Below the pieces are notes generated by a model that had not been told where the DNA came from, made no database searches, and was given only the letters and a program-made list of their open reading frames with translations. 64,000 nt of DNA from Lingula anatina (lineage: Eukaryota > Animalia > Brachiopoda): contig CM120640.1 in NCBI GenBank assembly GCA_051362555.1, positions 55,654,788-55,718,787 on the forward strand, written 5' to 3'. A program made the position numbers and the translations under genes. The first letter of the stretch is position 1, and every line of letters starts with the position of its first letter. Of the stretch, positions 38,229-51,596 are shown in pieces.

Positions 38229-41200
38229 GACTAGACAAATTGACAAGTTGGTTAATGAGTGCTGACTTTCTGAAAACAGGATCAGTAGAGGAAATTTAAT
38301 TTTAATTCCTTTTAACATATGATGTTTAACTGGCATCAAAGCTAAATTTAAGGGTTGTTTTTTTTTAAGGGGCAGGGATGCAAATTCAAAAACAACGGCA
38401 TAAAGGTTTTCCTTGGTCCTTCCTACCAAACCAGGGCCCAGTGCATTTTATCTGTTAAAATAGGCATAAAAATTTATTGCTTGAAAATTCGGGATGGGCA
38501 TTATACAATTCTGTCTGACTTTATTTTATTTATCTTTCAGATATTAGTGACATTAGTTCAAGTTTTATCTGTTACCAACTCAAAACCAGTAATATCTAGT
38601 GAATGAATAATGGATGATCATTTGCGAAAAAAATTCAAAAATATGTATTTTTTCAACATCTATTTAGTGCAATTTTATTTGTTACATACAATGAGTCCAA
38701 ACAAATATAATCCTACAGAAAAACACCTACTAAAATATTTAGTGATATGCATTTGATAGAGCTTTTTTTCTGTCAAATGACAATAGAATTCCATTAGATC
38801 AGAACTAAATTTATTACCAAAAAGTATTAAAAGATGTAACATATCCTCACAATCATTGATGTGTATCTGTCTATCTGTCCCAATGGTGATATTTGCTGAT
38901 GAATTATAAATGAATAGCAGTATGGAGATTAACTGGCCAAAACACCTCTGCTTAGCACCTTCTGCAGCAAATGGCAATAAGCCATTAAGCACAAACCACA
39001 TTAAGTCAGGATTGAGCACTGATAGTCATATTATGCTCAGATGCTCACTGGTTTAGTAGGTAGAATGTCTAAAAAAAAAAGATGTAATGGGGAAGGTTTT
39101 AGTTGGAGATGGAAAATATAGGGGGAAGTATGTTGACTTTTATTCCATTTTTCTCTCTCTTTGTTGTGTCTGTCTGTATGTCTCTCTGTTAATGTAGTAA
39201 CTCTCAAATATTAAGCAGAAGTTGAAAGATAATATATAATAATGGGGTCATTGTATTTAATGGCTGGCTATGATTGGGCTAGGGGCAAATAAAACGTGGA
39301 ATCCAGCAACCGGTGCTGATACTTAGGTAGATCAAAGATGAAATGTTTTAGGATCAGTGATATAACAACCTTTTTTTCATAAAACACTCGCCATTTCTTT
39401 CAGTATGGAGATTAACTCAATTTATGTCAATTGCATTGCCTTACTATTTCAATTACAGTGCTTAGAAAACACATGTAGTGATAGACGGTCAGTTTCAACA
39501 TGTCTAATGTTACATAATCCTTTGGGTAAGATTCTATCTGCACGACCATGGTCAATCCTAGCAATGTATAAACCATGGAATGTGATTGGCTGGTGAGCTT
39601 TCCATCTTGGTGGAAAGCATCATAATTTAATAATTCAATTCCATGTGCAATTGTTTTGAGGAGCCTCATGAGGTTTTACCAATTGAAATGGGATGTATCA
39701 GCAAAACAGAAATTGGACCAGCTATTGTGATTAAACATAAGAGCAAGAATTAGGAACTGTTCAAATGAGTTATGTCAACCTAGCTTATTTGTACTAACTC
39801 CACCAGGACTCTTGCTTAATGCAATCAGATTAACACTGTACCTGCCTTCTGGGGTTCAGTAGAATACACAAGAGCTGGTGATTATACCAGTATGTTGGAA
39901 ACAAGAGGAGGCGTTTCAGACTGTTAAAATGATTGCATTCATTGAGAGTCCTCATGTAGTTACAGTTTACACTATCTAGGTTGGCATATCTCATTCTGAA
40001 CAGTCCCTTAGTCAAGTCCAATGAACACATATTCTCAGTGTGCATTTAGCATATATTTATTTATTTATTTATTTGTATAATGCAGTGATGATAATCTTTT
40101 TCATAAGTACCATTTAAAGCAATTTTAATGGCATGCTGAAACTGACATTCATTTACATGCTTTATGTGCATGGTTTACATATACTTCAAACAATGAACAG
40201 GCTTTTCAAAATAGCTATCTGGTTGTGAAACTGAATAGAGTGGTTTTGCCTAAGATGACTCTGATTAAAACCTTTTTATATTACATCAATCTCCATTCAA
40301 TTCATCAGTAACATTTACAGTAACAAACAGTAATTAACAAGTCTCAGAGAATACAGATTTTACTTTTAAAAATTAAATTTTCTGTCAAACAAATCTCATA
40401 GCCGTATGAATCAGTTTTGTCTGTATTTGCCCTCAGACCACATTCTAAAAAAAGCTTCCCAGCTGTTATCATCAATGATGTATTCTGGTAGCCTGTGTCT
40501 AAAAAGAATGTTGCCATACCAACAGCTATGTAGACACTACACCATGATGGAACTGAATATAGTATTAAGGATGATCGAAGATGTTAGACATTGTATTAAC
40601 ATTAAGCCTGCTTGGATTCAGATTTGATCTGGTTTTAGACAGGCATCAACCATAGTAATAAGCAATTGATTCATTTAATCCAGCCTCTTTCTGCATGAGA
40701 AAATGTAATCGGATTATAAAGTGACCAGGAATATATGTTATGCCATTTGTGGGTGTGCTTATTAACCAATTAGTCTGATATTTTTATCCTTCTTGGAATT
40801 GCATTGCTTTAATTGTAACATACAGGAAACACCGCATATGTCTTCAAGTAGGCAGAATTGATTTACAAATTAAGGAACAAACCGCCAAGTAACAGGTAGA
40901 CTCCTGTTTTATGGCTATTGTACCTGGTGTTTCCAACATTTAACATAATCTGCAGATGTTGAACATTAAGAAGCAATATGAGTTACTTAAGCATAGGTAT
41001 GAAAACATTCTCTACTCTAGCTGTCCTTAAGTGTTGAGTTGGCCAAAGAAATTGTGCCATAGTGTTTCTAGTTATATACTAGGTTTCAGTGAAAGTATTC
41101 TGATAAAGTTGTTTTACCTGTAGATTTCAATATAACAACAGTGTTTTGACAAAGATGGCACAGGAGTTCATGGATCAATCAATAAAATGTTGACTAAAAC

Positions 41201-42262
41201 AAATCAAACATGTTTTTGTTTGACTAGTATACAGTTTATGATGGAAAGCATTTGGAAAGATGGCAGCTATTTTTAAAACCAGCTTGGGTCTAAAACATCC
41301 ACTAGACAATCTTTCTCCAAATTTATTTCAATGTCTCAGTTACATAGGCATAATGCTCTCTAAATAATGTACAGAAGGAATTCCCAATGTGTTTAACACA
41401 ATAAAATCATTAGAAGATTCTCTTATCTGTCCAGTAACTTGTTCTAGGTCAAAGTCTGTCTGAGCCTGAATCTGCTTGCATCAAAAGACAAAGATTTCAC
41501 AATATTAAAACTAGAATTCTGGTGTCCTATTTCCAAAGGGAATTAATAACACTTCACTGTTATTGTGTCTGTAGAGATGTCAGACAAACATTGTGGAAAA
41601 TCAATAGTAAAGGAAAGAATGTGTTTGTAGTGCTTCAGGAGTCAGAATCGAATATCTTTCCATCTTGTTGAGCAGCTGAGTTCTCTGGAGCATAATTGCT
41701 GAATAAAATATGAGAAAATAAACTGGAAGTTAGATTATACTGATTACATTTTACTGTTTTTCAATTTCATTTATTCACAGTGAATGAATTTTAAATGAAA
41801 CATAGAAACCTGTTGCTGATCTGTATAAATGTATGTATTCAGTGGATGCCAATAAGGATATATCCCGATAAAAAGGACCATGAACCTCAGAAGAGTTGTT
41901 ATTTGAAACTACAATAAAATTGTTTGAGAAATATCTCACTGGGTGTTATTAGGATCACAAAACTATTTTATTGTAACAATAGTGTAATTATATGATGAAA
42001 GCTCAGGTTTTATGTCCGTTTATATGAGAATTGTTTTCTGCGAGGCTTCATTGGTAAGGCCAAAGAGGATTATGTTTCTCTTTGCCATGGGTTTCACTTA
42101 AACCTTTCGTAGCACTCCCTTTCTATTGGTTTTTAGTCAGAGCATGTTGTTTGGCCCAGAATGGGTCTTGAACACATTGGTGCAGCACTGGTGGTCCTAT
42201 AGACTAGTAAAGATGTGCATGTCAGCCAAAGGTTTATTTTGAAGTCAATTTAAACAATAAAC

Positions 42263-42647
42263 TTAAAGGTACATACGAACCGAGCATCGGTGGAGCGTGG
42301 ATTCCCAGTAACACATGTAAACCACTTCTACTAGATTCTTATATGACTCAAGTAAATTTGACATGCCAAGGGATAAACTGAATAGATCACTTGATCAGCC
42401 ATAAAAGACCTTTAGACTGCTACTTTTTTTAAATTTATGGTTGTAAATTTAACCTACTTCCGTGACCTACTTTCCTGCCCCATTGACATACAGCTTAGAA
42501 TGCCAGCAGAAAAATCTGTTCAAACATCATTTTCGGGTAAAATTAAACAATGCCTTTTGGTAATTCTCTTAGTTATACTACTTGAACCTATATGCTGGCA
42601 TTTGGTTGGTTTTTGTGACAAAAAATTGACTTTGTATGCATCTTTAA
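42263..42647. mobile_element. Short deletion derivative of the TTAA element at 3748-6809
   Basis: The left 170 bp match 3748-3920 and the right 150 bp match 6655-6809; TTAA at both ends. Confidence 0.7.
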
Positions 42648-43016
42648 GGAATTCTCGGTGACATTCAGGTCTTTGGAAATGCACTATCCTGATACTGTCA
42701 TCATACTGTGGCATGTAGTTTACAGAACAGAATAATTGGGCATCAAGCCATTTGATTTAAAAGCACACAATTTAAGTACACAGCTTTATGGATTGATTTT
42801 GATAGCTACAAGTATAACAGTTCCCCTGATGGTGTCTGTCCTTAAGGATAAGGCTGTTTGAATAAAAGACAGAAAGCTTTTGAAAATATCTTTCTTCCTT
42901 GAAAATATTAAACCCAACTTGTGCTTGCTTGGAAGGGATTTTAAAATTACTAGCACTTTTGAGTCTGATTAATGGAATCAAGTTTTGACCCTTGTTTTAT
43001 GGTGCTCAGATACCAG

Positions 43017-43200
43017 TTTTTATGTACAGACACAGATGTATATAGCTTTCACCTGCATCTGTTATCGCCGTCATTGCCTTTGTCACCGTTGCTGTGCACT
43101 TTCAGTGATGATAAGTGGAAAACCATTTTACTCTTTGTCTTGTAACTTACAGATTTAATTTATATTCATAAAATACAGTTTGAGTGTTAAAAAAACAGCT
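43017..43200 (+). mobile_element. Degenerate 5' fragment of HINE family 1
   Basis: tttttatgtacagacacagatg...cacctgcatctg...gtgcactttc. Confidence 0.6.
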
Positions 43201-43830
43201 TATTATTTTGTAACTTACAAGAATGATTGACATACAGCTCAAATTGGCAAACCAGCTTGATTGCGCACACGAACAACATGTGGTGCCTCGATATGAAACC
43301 AGACAACTTTTGTGTTTTTAGCCTCCAAATACTAAAAAAATCAATTAAGCTAATAAATAGGCCAACGTTAAGAATGTATTATATCGTTTGTTTTATATTA
43401 ATTATTATTAAAGATCATAATAATAAACAAGTCGCATTTCGATGTACTCCATGCTATGACCTTTATTTAATAATAGCAATTTTTATGAGATTACAAATTG
43501 TATCGCATTGTTTGGTTCCATTGCCTCGCTTTCAATAATTAGAACAGGCGGTCCAAAATCATAAAACAAAGTAAAAAATTTTATATTGGCCGTGTTCGCC
43601 CCCCGTTAAGAATATCCTCACAGCATTATCTGCAGTTAACCTTCCTATGATTTTCATTGTATTTTGCAATATAATTTTCATTCCTCCCGATGAAGAATTT
43701 TATTAATCAAGAGTGGGGGAGGGGTGGAAAATCCCCTTGGGGCCAAATATAACACTATAAATGCGAAAGGAATTCCCCTTACCATGAAAACAAAATAAAT
43801 GTTAATCTTAGGAAAGTCCGATGGATTTGC

Positions 43831-46258
43831 TTTTTATGTACAGACACAGATGTGTCTGTACATATTGCCATCACCTGCGTCTGTCGTCGCCGATGCCGAT
43901 GGCGATGGCGATGCCGATGCCGGCGCCGGCGCCGTGCACTTTCCTTGTAAACACGATAAGTGGAAGGCAGTTTCACTTTTTGGCTTTATATTTACAGAGC
44001 TGATGAATATTCATAAAATGCAGGTCAAGTTCGAAAATCAGCATGATCGGGCCATTATTGTAGAAGTTATGCTGTTTTTTCACTTTTCAGCATATATGCA
44101 ACCTTGTAAACACATTTTAAAGAAAACCGTTAGGCCTGTTGTCATGAAACTCACAGGAGTAATCAATCTTACTAAAACGCAGGTCAAGTTCGAAAATCAG
44201 CATGATCGGGCCACTATTTTAGTAGTTATGTAGTATTTTAGTAGTTTTTTCATTGTTCAGTATATATGCAACACTGTAAACACAATATAAGAAAAACAGA
44301 AAGCCCAATTGTCATTAAACTCACAGGAATGGTCAGTCTTACTAAAACGCAGGTTGAGTTCGAAAATCAGCATAATCGGGGCATTATTTTAGAAGTTATG
44401 CTGTTTTTTCACATTTCCTCAGATTTCCTCAGATTTAATTCTTAGGCATGTTAATAGCCTTATTATTTAAGTAATAAGATAGGTAAAAGTGTTTGTTTGA
44501 CATTTCCTGCATCTTTACAACATTGTTAGTTGATTATGTAAAAATGATGGTAAACTTGTTATCATGTATTGTGTAATCAAGTGTCAAAAACGGAAATAAA
44601 CTCATATCATTGCAGTTTGTCAGATTCAATCATCCACTATGTTCAGAATCTCAGAATGGAGGAAATTGGACATTTAACACTGTTCTATTGATACTTTTCT
44701 CATCTCATCAATTTTCTTAGTTGGTCATAAAAAAATGGCAGTAAAATGTTTATTTTGTTTTATGTTAAAAAAGTGTTAAAAACGGAAATAAACCCATTTC
44801 AGAACAGTGCTGTCTTGTTTACATTTTGGCATTTTCAAGATGTGACTTTGAAGTTCCATGGGCCTGAAGACCTTTGCTAGTCACATTTTCTGAATATCTG
44901 TGATACTAATATTTTATAATTAAAAATTAATGGTCATTATGCTGTTAAACATTATGTAATATTGCATCAAAATTTGAAGAAACCCCTATTTTGGGCACTG
45001 CTCCCATGATGACCATTTAAGGAAAATCATGTCACTTACTGTTCTCAAACTTACAGGAAAGAAACATGGGACTAAAATACAGCTTCAGTAGGCAATGCAG
45101 TCTGTTTGGTAACTTTTTCTGGCAGTTAAACAGTTTTTTGTGAAAATTTAATTTTTCACATGTTGGCATTTTTAAGGTGTGACTTTGAAGTTCCATGATC
45201 GTGAAGACCTTTGCTTGTCATGTTTTCTGAAAATCCATGACACATATATTTTATTAATAAAAATTGATGTATTATGCTGTTAAGCATTATGTTATGTTGC
45301 ATCAAAATAGAAGAAAACACAATTTTTGGTGCTTCTGCCATGATGACCATTATGGGAAAACAGTGTTACTTATGATTGTCAAACTTTCAAAAAAGAAACA
45401 CAGGACTAAAATGCAGCCCGAGTTGGAAATGTAGTCTAATTGGCTTCTTTTTCTGGAAGTTATACATTTTAGTGAAATATTCATTATCTTTTTGGCATAT
45501 TCATTGTGGGACTCGGAGCTCCCATGGACATGAAGCCAGATGGTAATCAAATTTTCTACATGTTCATGCTATTTATAGTCAATAATCAAAAATTGGTGAT
45601 AATTATTCTATAATTTATTATGTAATGTTACATCAAAATTGACAATAATCTTTTTGCACTGCTACTGCAAACATTATGAAAAGAAAACTGTGTTATTTAT
45701 TATTATATTAAACTTATGAGTATGATTTTTAGGATTGGCATGCAGTTCAAATTAGAAAGCCAGGTCAATTGGGTTATCATTTATTATTGAATTTTATGCA
45801 ATTTTGTGTGAAATTTCATTTTTCTCATTCTGGCACTTTCTAAGTATAAACTTGAACTCTGATGGGCCTGAAGCCTTATGCTTTTACTTTCGTTGGTGTT
45901 ACCTGTTATGAAAAATTAAAATTTGATGTTGACTGTGCAGTTAAACATAATGTATTATTGCATCAGAATTGGTAGTCTCCTATTTTGTGCATTATTATTT
46001 TGTGCTTTTCTTAAGTTGTGACTTATGGGCCTGAAAGACCTTTGAGAGGGTCAGTCTGTAAATTTCCCTTGGGTATCACTTAGCTAATTTCAGTGTTATA
46101 AAGTAATTTGCCTAATTAATCGGCCATTAAATGAGATTACATAAAGCACACTTGTTGATATTTCCCTGTAAACTCCCATAGGTTAAGCTCTCTGCTAGAT
46201 TAATAATAAGGAAGCAGTGATAATTATGCAGGTGAATTTTGTTTAATATTGCAAATAA

Positions 46259-46355
<97 letters not shown>

Positions 46356-47152
46356 CTCAAAGATTAAAAGTTTGAATAGCTGCTTCATTGGAATTATATT
46401 AACCTCTGCCAAGGAGGTTATATTTTCACCCCTGTTTATCATCAACATAACTCAAAAAGTTATGGACCGATTTTGCTGAAATTTTCAGGAACTGTCAGAA
46501 GTGGGCCAAAGAGGACAATAATCAATAATAATCAACAATTGCTACCTTGGCAGAGGTCTGCACTCTCGGAGCGCTTTTCTAATTTTGTTATGTTTTCCTT
46601 TATAATTTTTTCTCAAACACTTGCATTTGTGACTTTTAACTCTCATCCGCCTGAGGCTCTGACATTTCTGTATTTCCACATAAGCAGTTGTATTGTTTTT
46701 TATGTCTTTAAACATTATGTTACTTATGTAATATTATTTTATGCACTGTCATCATTTTTCAAATATTGAGCCTTTCATCATGTGAATTTAAACTCATGGT
46801 CCTGAAACTGTAATCTTATTGAAAGGGTAGATTGAGACCATCTTCTGGGTCTTCCGGAAGACAGTCAGGTTATTAAGTTTATATTGCCTGGTATCTATTT
46901 TTTCTTCTGTTGGAAGACCATCAAAATGGAGGATGGATCAAAATAGATACTTTGGAATACTGTCAGAAAATATCTCTGGGTCCGCTCATGTTATTGACCA
47001 TTTTACCTGTTGTGCATTATTAAAATTCATTGTTGACTGACAGTGCTATTATAAGCATTATTTATTATTGCATCAAAATTGACAAAATGACCTATTTTGC
47101 ATCTTTATTTTCTGTTTTTTGTCTGTACATTTGACAGCTTTGCTGCCTTGTT
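43831..47152 (+). mobile_element. HINE family 1, long variant (3.3 kb)
   Basis: Complete termini; near-identical inverted copy of the outer element at 7536-12931, with ORF-track peptides duplicated in both (e.g. MLKFSGTVRSGPKR). Confidence 0.88.
46266..46351. repeat. (AT)n microsatellite, ~43 units
   Basis: Direct reading. Confidence 0.95.
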
Positions 47153-47339
47153 AATACATACAATCAACAGAATATTTCTAATATAATTTCTCAAAACAAC
47201 ACCAGAAAGCAAATTAAATCATATCAACCAGACGGTAAACACCAGCAGGCTTTGTCAATTTCACCATTTGTTTACTTCAAACAGAGTACTTTTCGCGCAT
47301 GCGCAGTAGTTTGAGACCTGTGCTGCTTGATTGGATTAT

Positions 47340-49092
47340 TTTTCTTTCTTGTTGTCTGTACATTTGACAGCTTTGCTGCTTTGTTTGTATATAAAAGATT
47401 TTTCCTCTGATTCAATTATTAGGCATGTTAACTTTCTCATTATTGAACTAATTAGATATGTAAAAGTGTTCTTTTGACATTTTCTGCATCTTGATAACAT
47501 TATTAGTTGATTATGAAAAAACAGTATATTTGTTATCATGTTAGTTGATTATATGAAAATAATAGTGAATCTGTTATTGTGTATTGTGTAATAAAATGTC
47601 AAAAATGGAAATAAACACGTATCATTGCAGTTTGTCATATTCAATCCTTTACTATGTTCAGAATCTCATAGAGGAGCAAATTGGACATTTAAAATTATTC
47701 TAATGATATTTTACGCATCTCAGGAATTTTGCTAGTTGAAAAATGAGAGTAAATGGATTATTTTGTATTTTGTAAAAATATGTTAAAATTGGAAATAAAC
47801 TCATTTCCTTACAGTTATCACTTGTTTACATTTTGGCATCTTTAAAGTGTGACTTGAAGATCCATGGGCCTGAAGACCTCTGCTAGTCACTTTTTCAAAA
47901 TATCTATGTTACCTGCAGTGCATAATTAAAGATCAGTGGTGATTATGGCATTAAGTATTATGTTCTTTTGCATCAAAATTGAAGAAAACCCTACTTTGGG
48001 CACTGCCTTCATAGTGACCATTAGAGGAAAACCAAATCACTTACTATCCTCAAACTTACAACAAAGATCCATAGGACTGAAATGCAGCTTCAGTTGGGAA
48101 ATCAGTATAATGGGTTTATTTTTCTGGAAGGTATACATTTTTTTGTGAAAATACAATTTTTCACATATTGGTATTTTCAAGGGCTTGAAGACCTTTGTTA
48201 GTCACATTTTCTGAATATCCATGAAACTTTTATTTTATTACTAAAAATTGATAGTAATTATGCTTTTAAGCATTATGTAATATTGCATCAGAATTGAAGA
48301 AAAGCCTATTTGGGGCACTGCCTCCATAGTTGACCATTAAAGGAAAACCATGTCACTTACTCTTCTCAAACTTACAAAAAAGAAACATGCATCTAACATA
48401 CAGTTTCGATTGGAAAATCTGTCTTATTGGTTAACCTTTCTTGAAATTATGTAGTTTTTTGTTAGAATTAAAATTTTCACATATCGACATTTTCAAGGTG
48501 TGACTTTGCATTTCCATGGGCTATGAAGACCTTTCCTAGTCACATTTTCTTAATGTCCATGATACTTTTATTTTATTATTAAAAAATCCATGGTCATTAT
48601 GTTATAAATCCGAATGGTATTTACATTTTCTGAATGTCAGTGTAATGTGCAGATGTTAAACATATTATGTAATACTGCATCAGAATTGTCAAAAAAAAAA
48701 AAAAAAAAAAAAAAACTACTTTGTACACTGCCACCACAAATGTTACAAGAGGGAAACTGTTAATTATTATTTTTAAAAGAATGGTTCATAGGATTAACAT
48801 ACAGGTCAAATTGGAAAACCAGCTTGATTGGTTTATTATTTTTTGTTGAATGCATGAAATTTTCATTTTCTATTTCCGGCAGAGTATGAACTTGAACTTT
48901 CATGAGCCTGAAGCCTTATGTTAGTTACACATTTTACTTACATCCATTCTACCTGTTTTGCATAATTAAAATTTGATGTTGACTTGGCTGTTAAGCATAT
49001 TGTATTATTGCATCAGAATTGACAGTAACCTATTTTGTGCATCATTATTTTCTGCTTTTTGTCTGTACATTTGACAGCTTTGCTGCCTTGTT
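47340..49092 (+). mobile_element. Older, diverged HINE family 1 copy
   Basis: Homologous internal blocks with many substitutions; the 3' terminus ends at 49092. Confidence 0.75.
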
Positions 49093-51149
49093 ATTGACTA
49101 GTCTTTCAATCAGAAAGGCCATCAGTGTGACTAATGAAATCATATGCATCTCCTCTAATTCAATCATGCAAAATTGGGTGCATTCCAAAACTGGTGCGCT
49201 GATATTCAAAGACTTAAGGCAAAAAAGGTATTGTGTTTCTCACCAGAAAAGTATTTGAAAGTAGTGAGTGTTGCAATTTTTTCCCTTTCTTTATATCTTT
49301 TTAAAAATATATATTTCTAGATCATCATAATTTAGGGTACACCCCTAAGATGTTAAGCAAAGTGGTTAATCATTTAAACTTAAGCTTAGTAAAAAAATTC
49401 ATGGAATAAAAATTAAGAAAAAATAGAAAAAAATAGTAAAATAAAGTAAAGATAAACATGCAAACGTATGAGCACCAACAAAATATTGGGAGCCACAAAA
49501 TACTGGCATACATATTTGTAATGTTGTTCTGGATTGGTTTAACTAAGATGCACTATTGAATGACTATTTGGAGTCTTCACAGTATTGTACTAGAAATACA
49601 AGTATAACAAGTATACTATGTATAAGTAAGTATAACAAGTATAATATGTTTAAATGACAATCTGTCTTGCAGTTACCTAGAATCATTTCAAGATCATAAA
49701 AGCCATGTTCACCAGAAGAGCCTCAGTAGATTATTTTGCTAAATTTTATCGGTGGATTTCATTGAAGGTGGTGATTGTGGATTTCAAAATAGAACTAATG
49801 AAACAATAACACTAAGGCCTCAAGGGGCATATGAGGGTTATAGGGAAGCAAGGTGCTTTTATCAGTTTTTCTGGGCAAAGCAATTAGTGCTAAGAATACA
49901 CATTGTTGTCTATCTGTACAGCATTAATCTTGTAACTGCAGGCCTGCAGTAGAGTTTCAAGGTAGGGCAGCTGGAAATGGTATTGATGAACTAACAGCAT
50001 TAAATAACCCCTAACTGTTCATAGGGTTGTATGTAAGACTTGTTTGATGGCTTCAAAAATTAATCACGTACAACTGTGGTAGGAGAATAATTTTCAGGTA
50101 ATTAAGGATTTTTTACATTTTATTTAAGGCAGAGGCTCTAAGAGGTTACATGGACATTTGCTTACATAATTAAGCGATCACATGGGTTTTAACCCAAGTT
50201 GCCAATAATTTTATACTGTATTTTGGCATAGTAGGTTTAAATGCAGGAAAGTCTCTGCTGGGGTAATACACTAGATTAAATTTCAACATCTTATTTCACA
50301 TCTTTTACTTGATGTTGATTCTTGTTCTCTTTGTTCAGTTTTAGAACAAATTATTAACAAATGTAGAAAAAGATTTTAAGAAACTGACCCTCAGGTGCAT
50401 GATGTTTTCCTTGTTCTCCCACACAGGAGTGTCCCATCAGCTTCCACCTATTGGTTTTTTGTAACACAGAAAATGAAATATATATGAAGTTATTGCTTTT
50501 TACTAAGTGCTTTGAATCAGAGTGTCTCATGGTAGAATTAGTCAATATAACTGAGGGCCCCATTACTTGGGTCGACTTGGAATTTCTAAAACAATGGTTT
50601 ACTAAGGCTAATATGGTTGTTGTGTTTTAGTAGACATTGCCTTCCAAACATAATGGAATTTTAGTGTGTGCACCTGAGCCAATACCATAGGGGGATGACT
50701 GTGGGAGGGAAGTTAGTGAGGTCAATGGAAAATATGATTTTTACAATTAGCATCAGATGAAATAATAATCATATATACACTGTAGTAAATGATGCATGAA
50801 GGAGAAGAATAATTACGAAATTCGAGAATTTAAAAGCAGCAGTGTTCCCATTTAGGGTGTTAAGCTTGGGTTTAAGTATATAATAAAAATAATAAAGTGA
50901 GTAACTTTTAATTAAATTTCAATCATATTGATGATAAAGTGAACTAATTACTATTAAATGCATTGCATGTGTTGGTGCTAAAGTATATTCATGTCACATT
51001 AGAAACTGTTTTACCATGCATAGATCAATCATTAATTTGAACATGTTTTTACTTCATTCATGTTAAGGATGTTGTTAGTCTTTGGCTAAAACTTCCGATT
51101 TACCTTATTTACTTACATACATTCTTTTGGATGACAAATTAATCTTCAA

Positions 51150-51596
51150 TTTTCAGTGACTTAATTAACATTTACACACATGTCATCTTATGGGTGACGT
51201 TATAATTTGCAATTTTGAGGTAAAAATTTTATTTAGTACTCCAAAACCCTGCCAGTGATTTTTCTTAAAATCCTTAATTCAGATTTTATCATTGATAAAG
51301 CAAAATAATGCCTTTGTTTAATGAAGTTCATAAGTCCATAACAAAACCATTTAAACCAAAATGACAGCACGGTATTGTAGTCCATTGACTTGTGGTCAAC
51401 TATGCCAATTTTCTTGATAAAATCTTGTTCAGGGATGAAGTTATGTCCCATACTGATTGCTACCTCACCTCAAAATATGTAAAATTAACGATAAAAGCTT
51501 GAGTTGCCTATGCTGATACATTGCAATGATATATAAACACCAGTATTTTATATTTTCGAGGGGATTTTTATTGTTTTAAATCAGCACAAAGATAGG
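51150..51596. repeat. Interspersed repeat, second copy at ~57340-57880
   Basis: Shared ttagtactccaaaaccctgccagtgatttt...ttttaaatca-cacaaagatag blocks. Confidence 0.7.

Noticed and set aside
41280-41700. Minus-strand acceptor at 41700 followed by exon-like sequence
   Set aside because: All three frames close within 35 codons, and no partner exons or recognisable product were found.
46127-46448. YIYIYI-rich ORFs (also 6503-6838)
   Set aside because: They are translations of (AT)n microsatellites.
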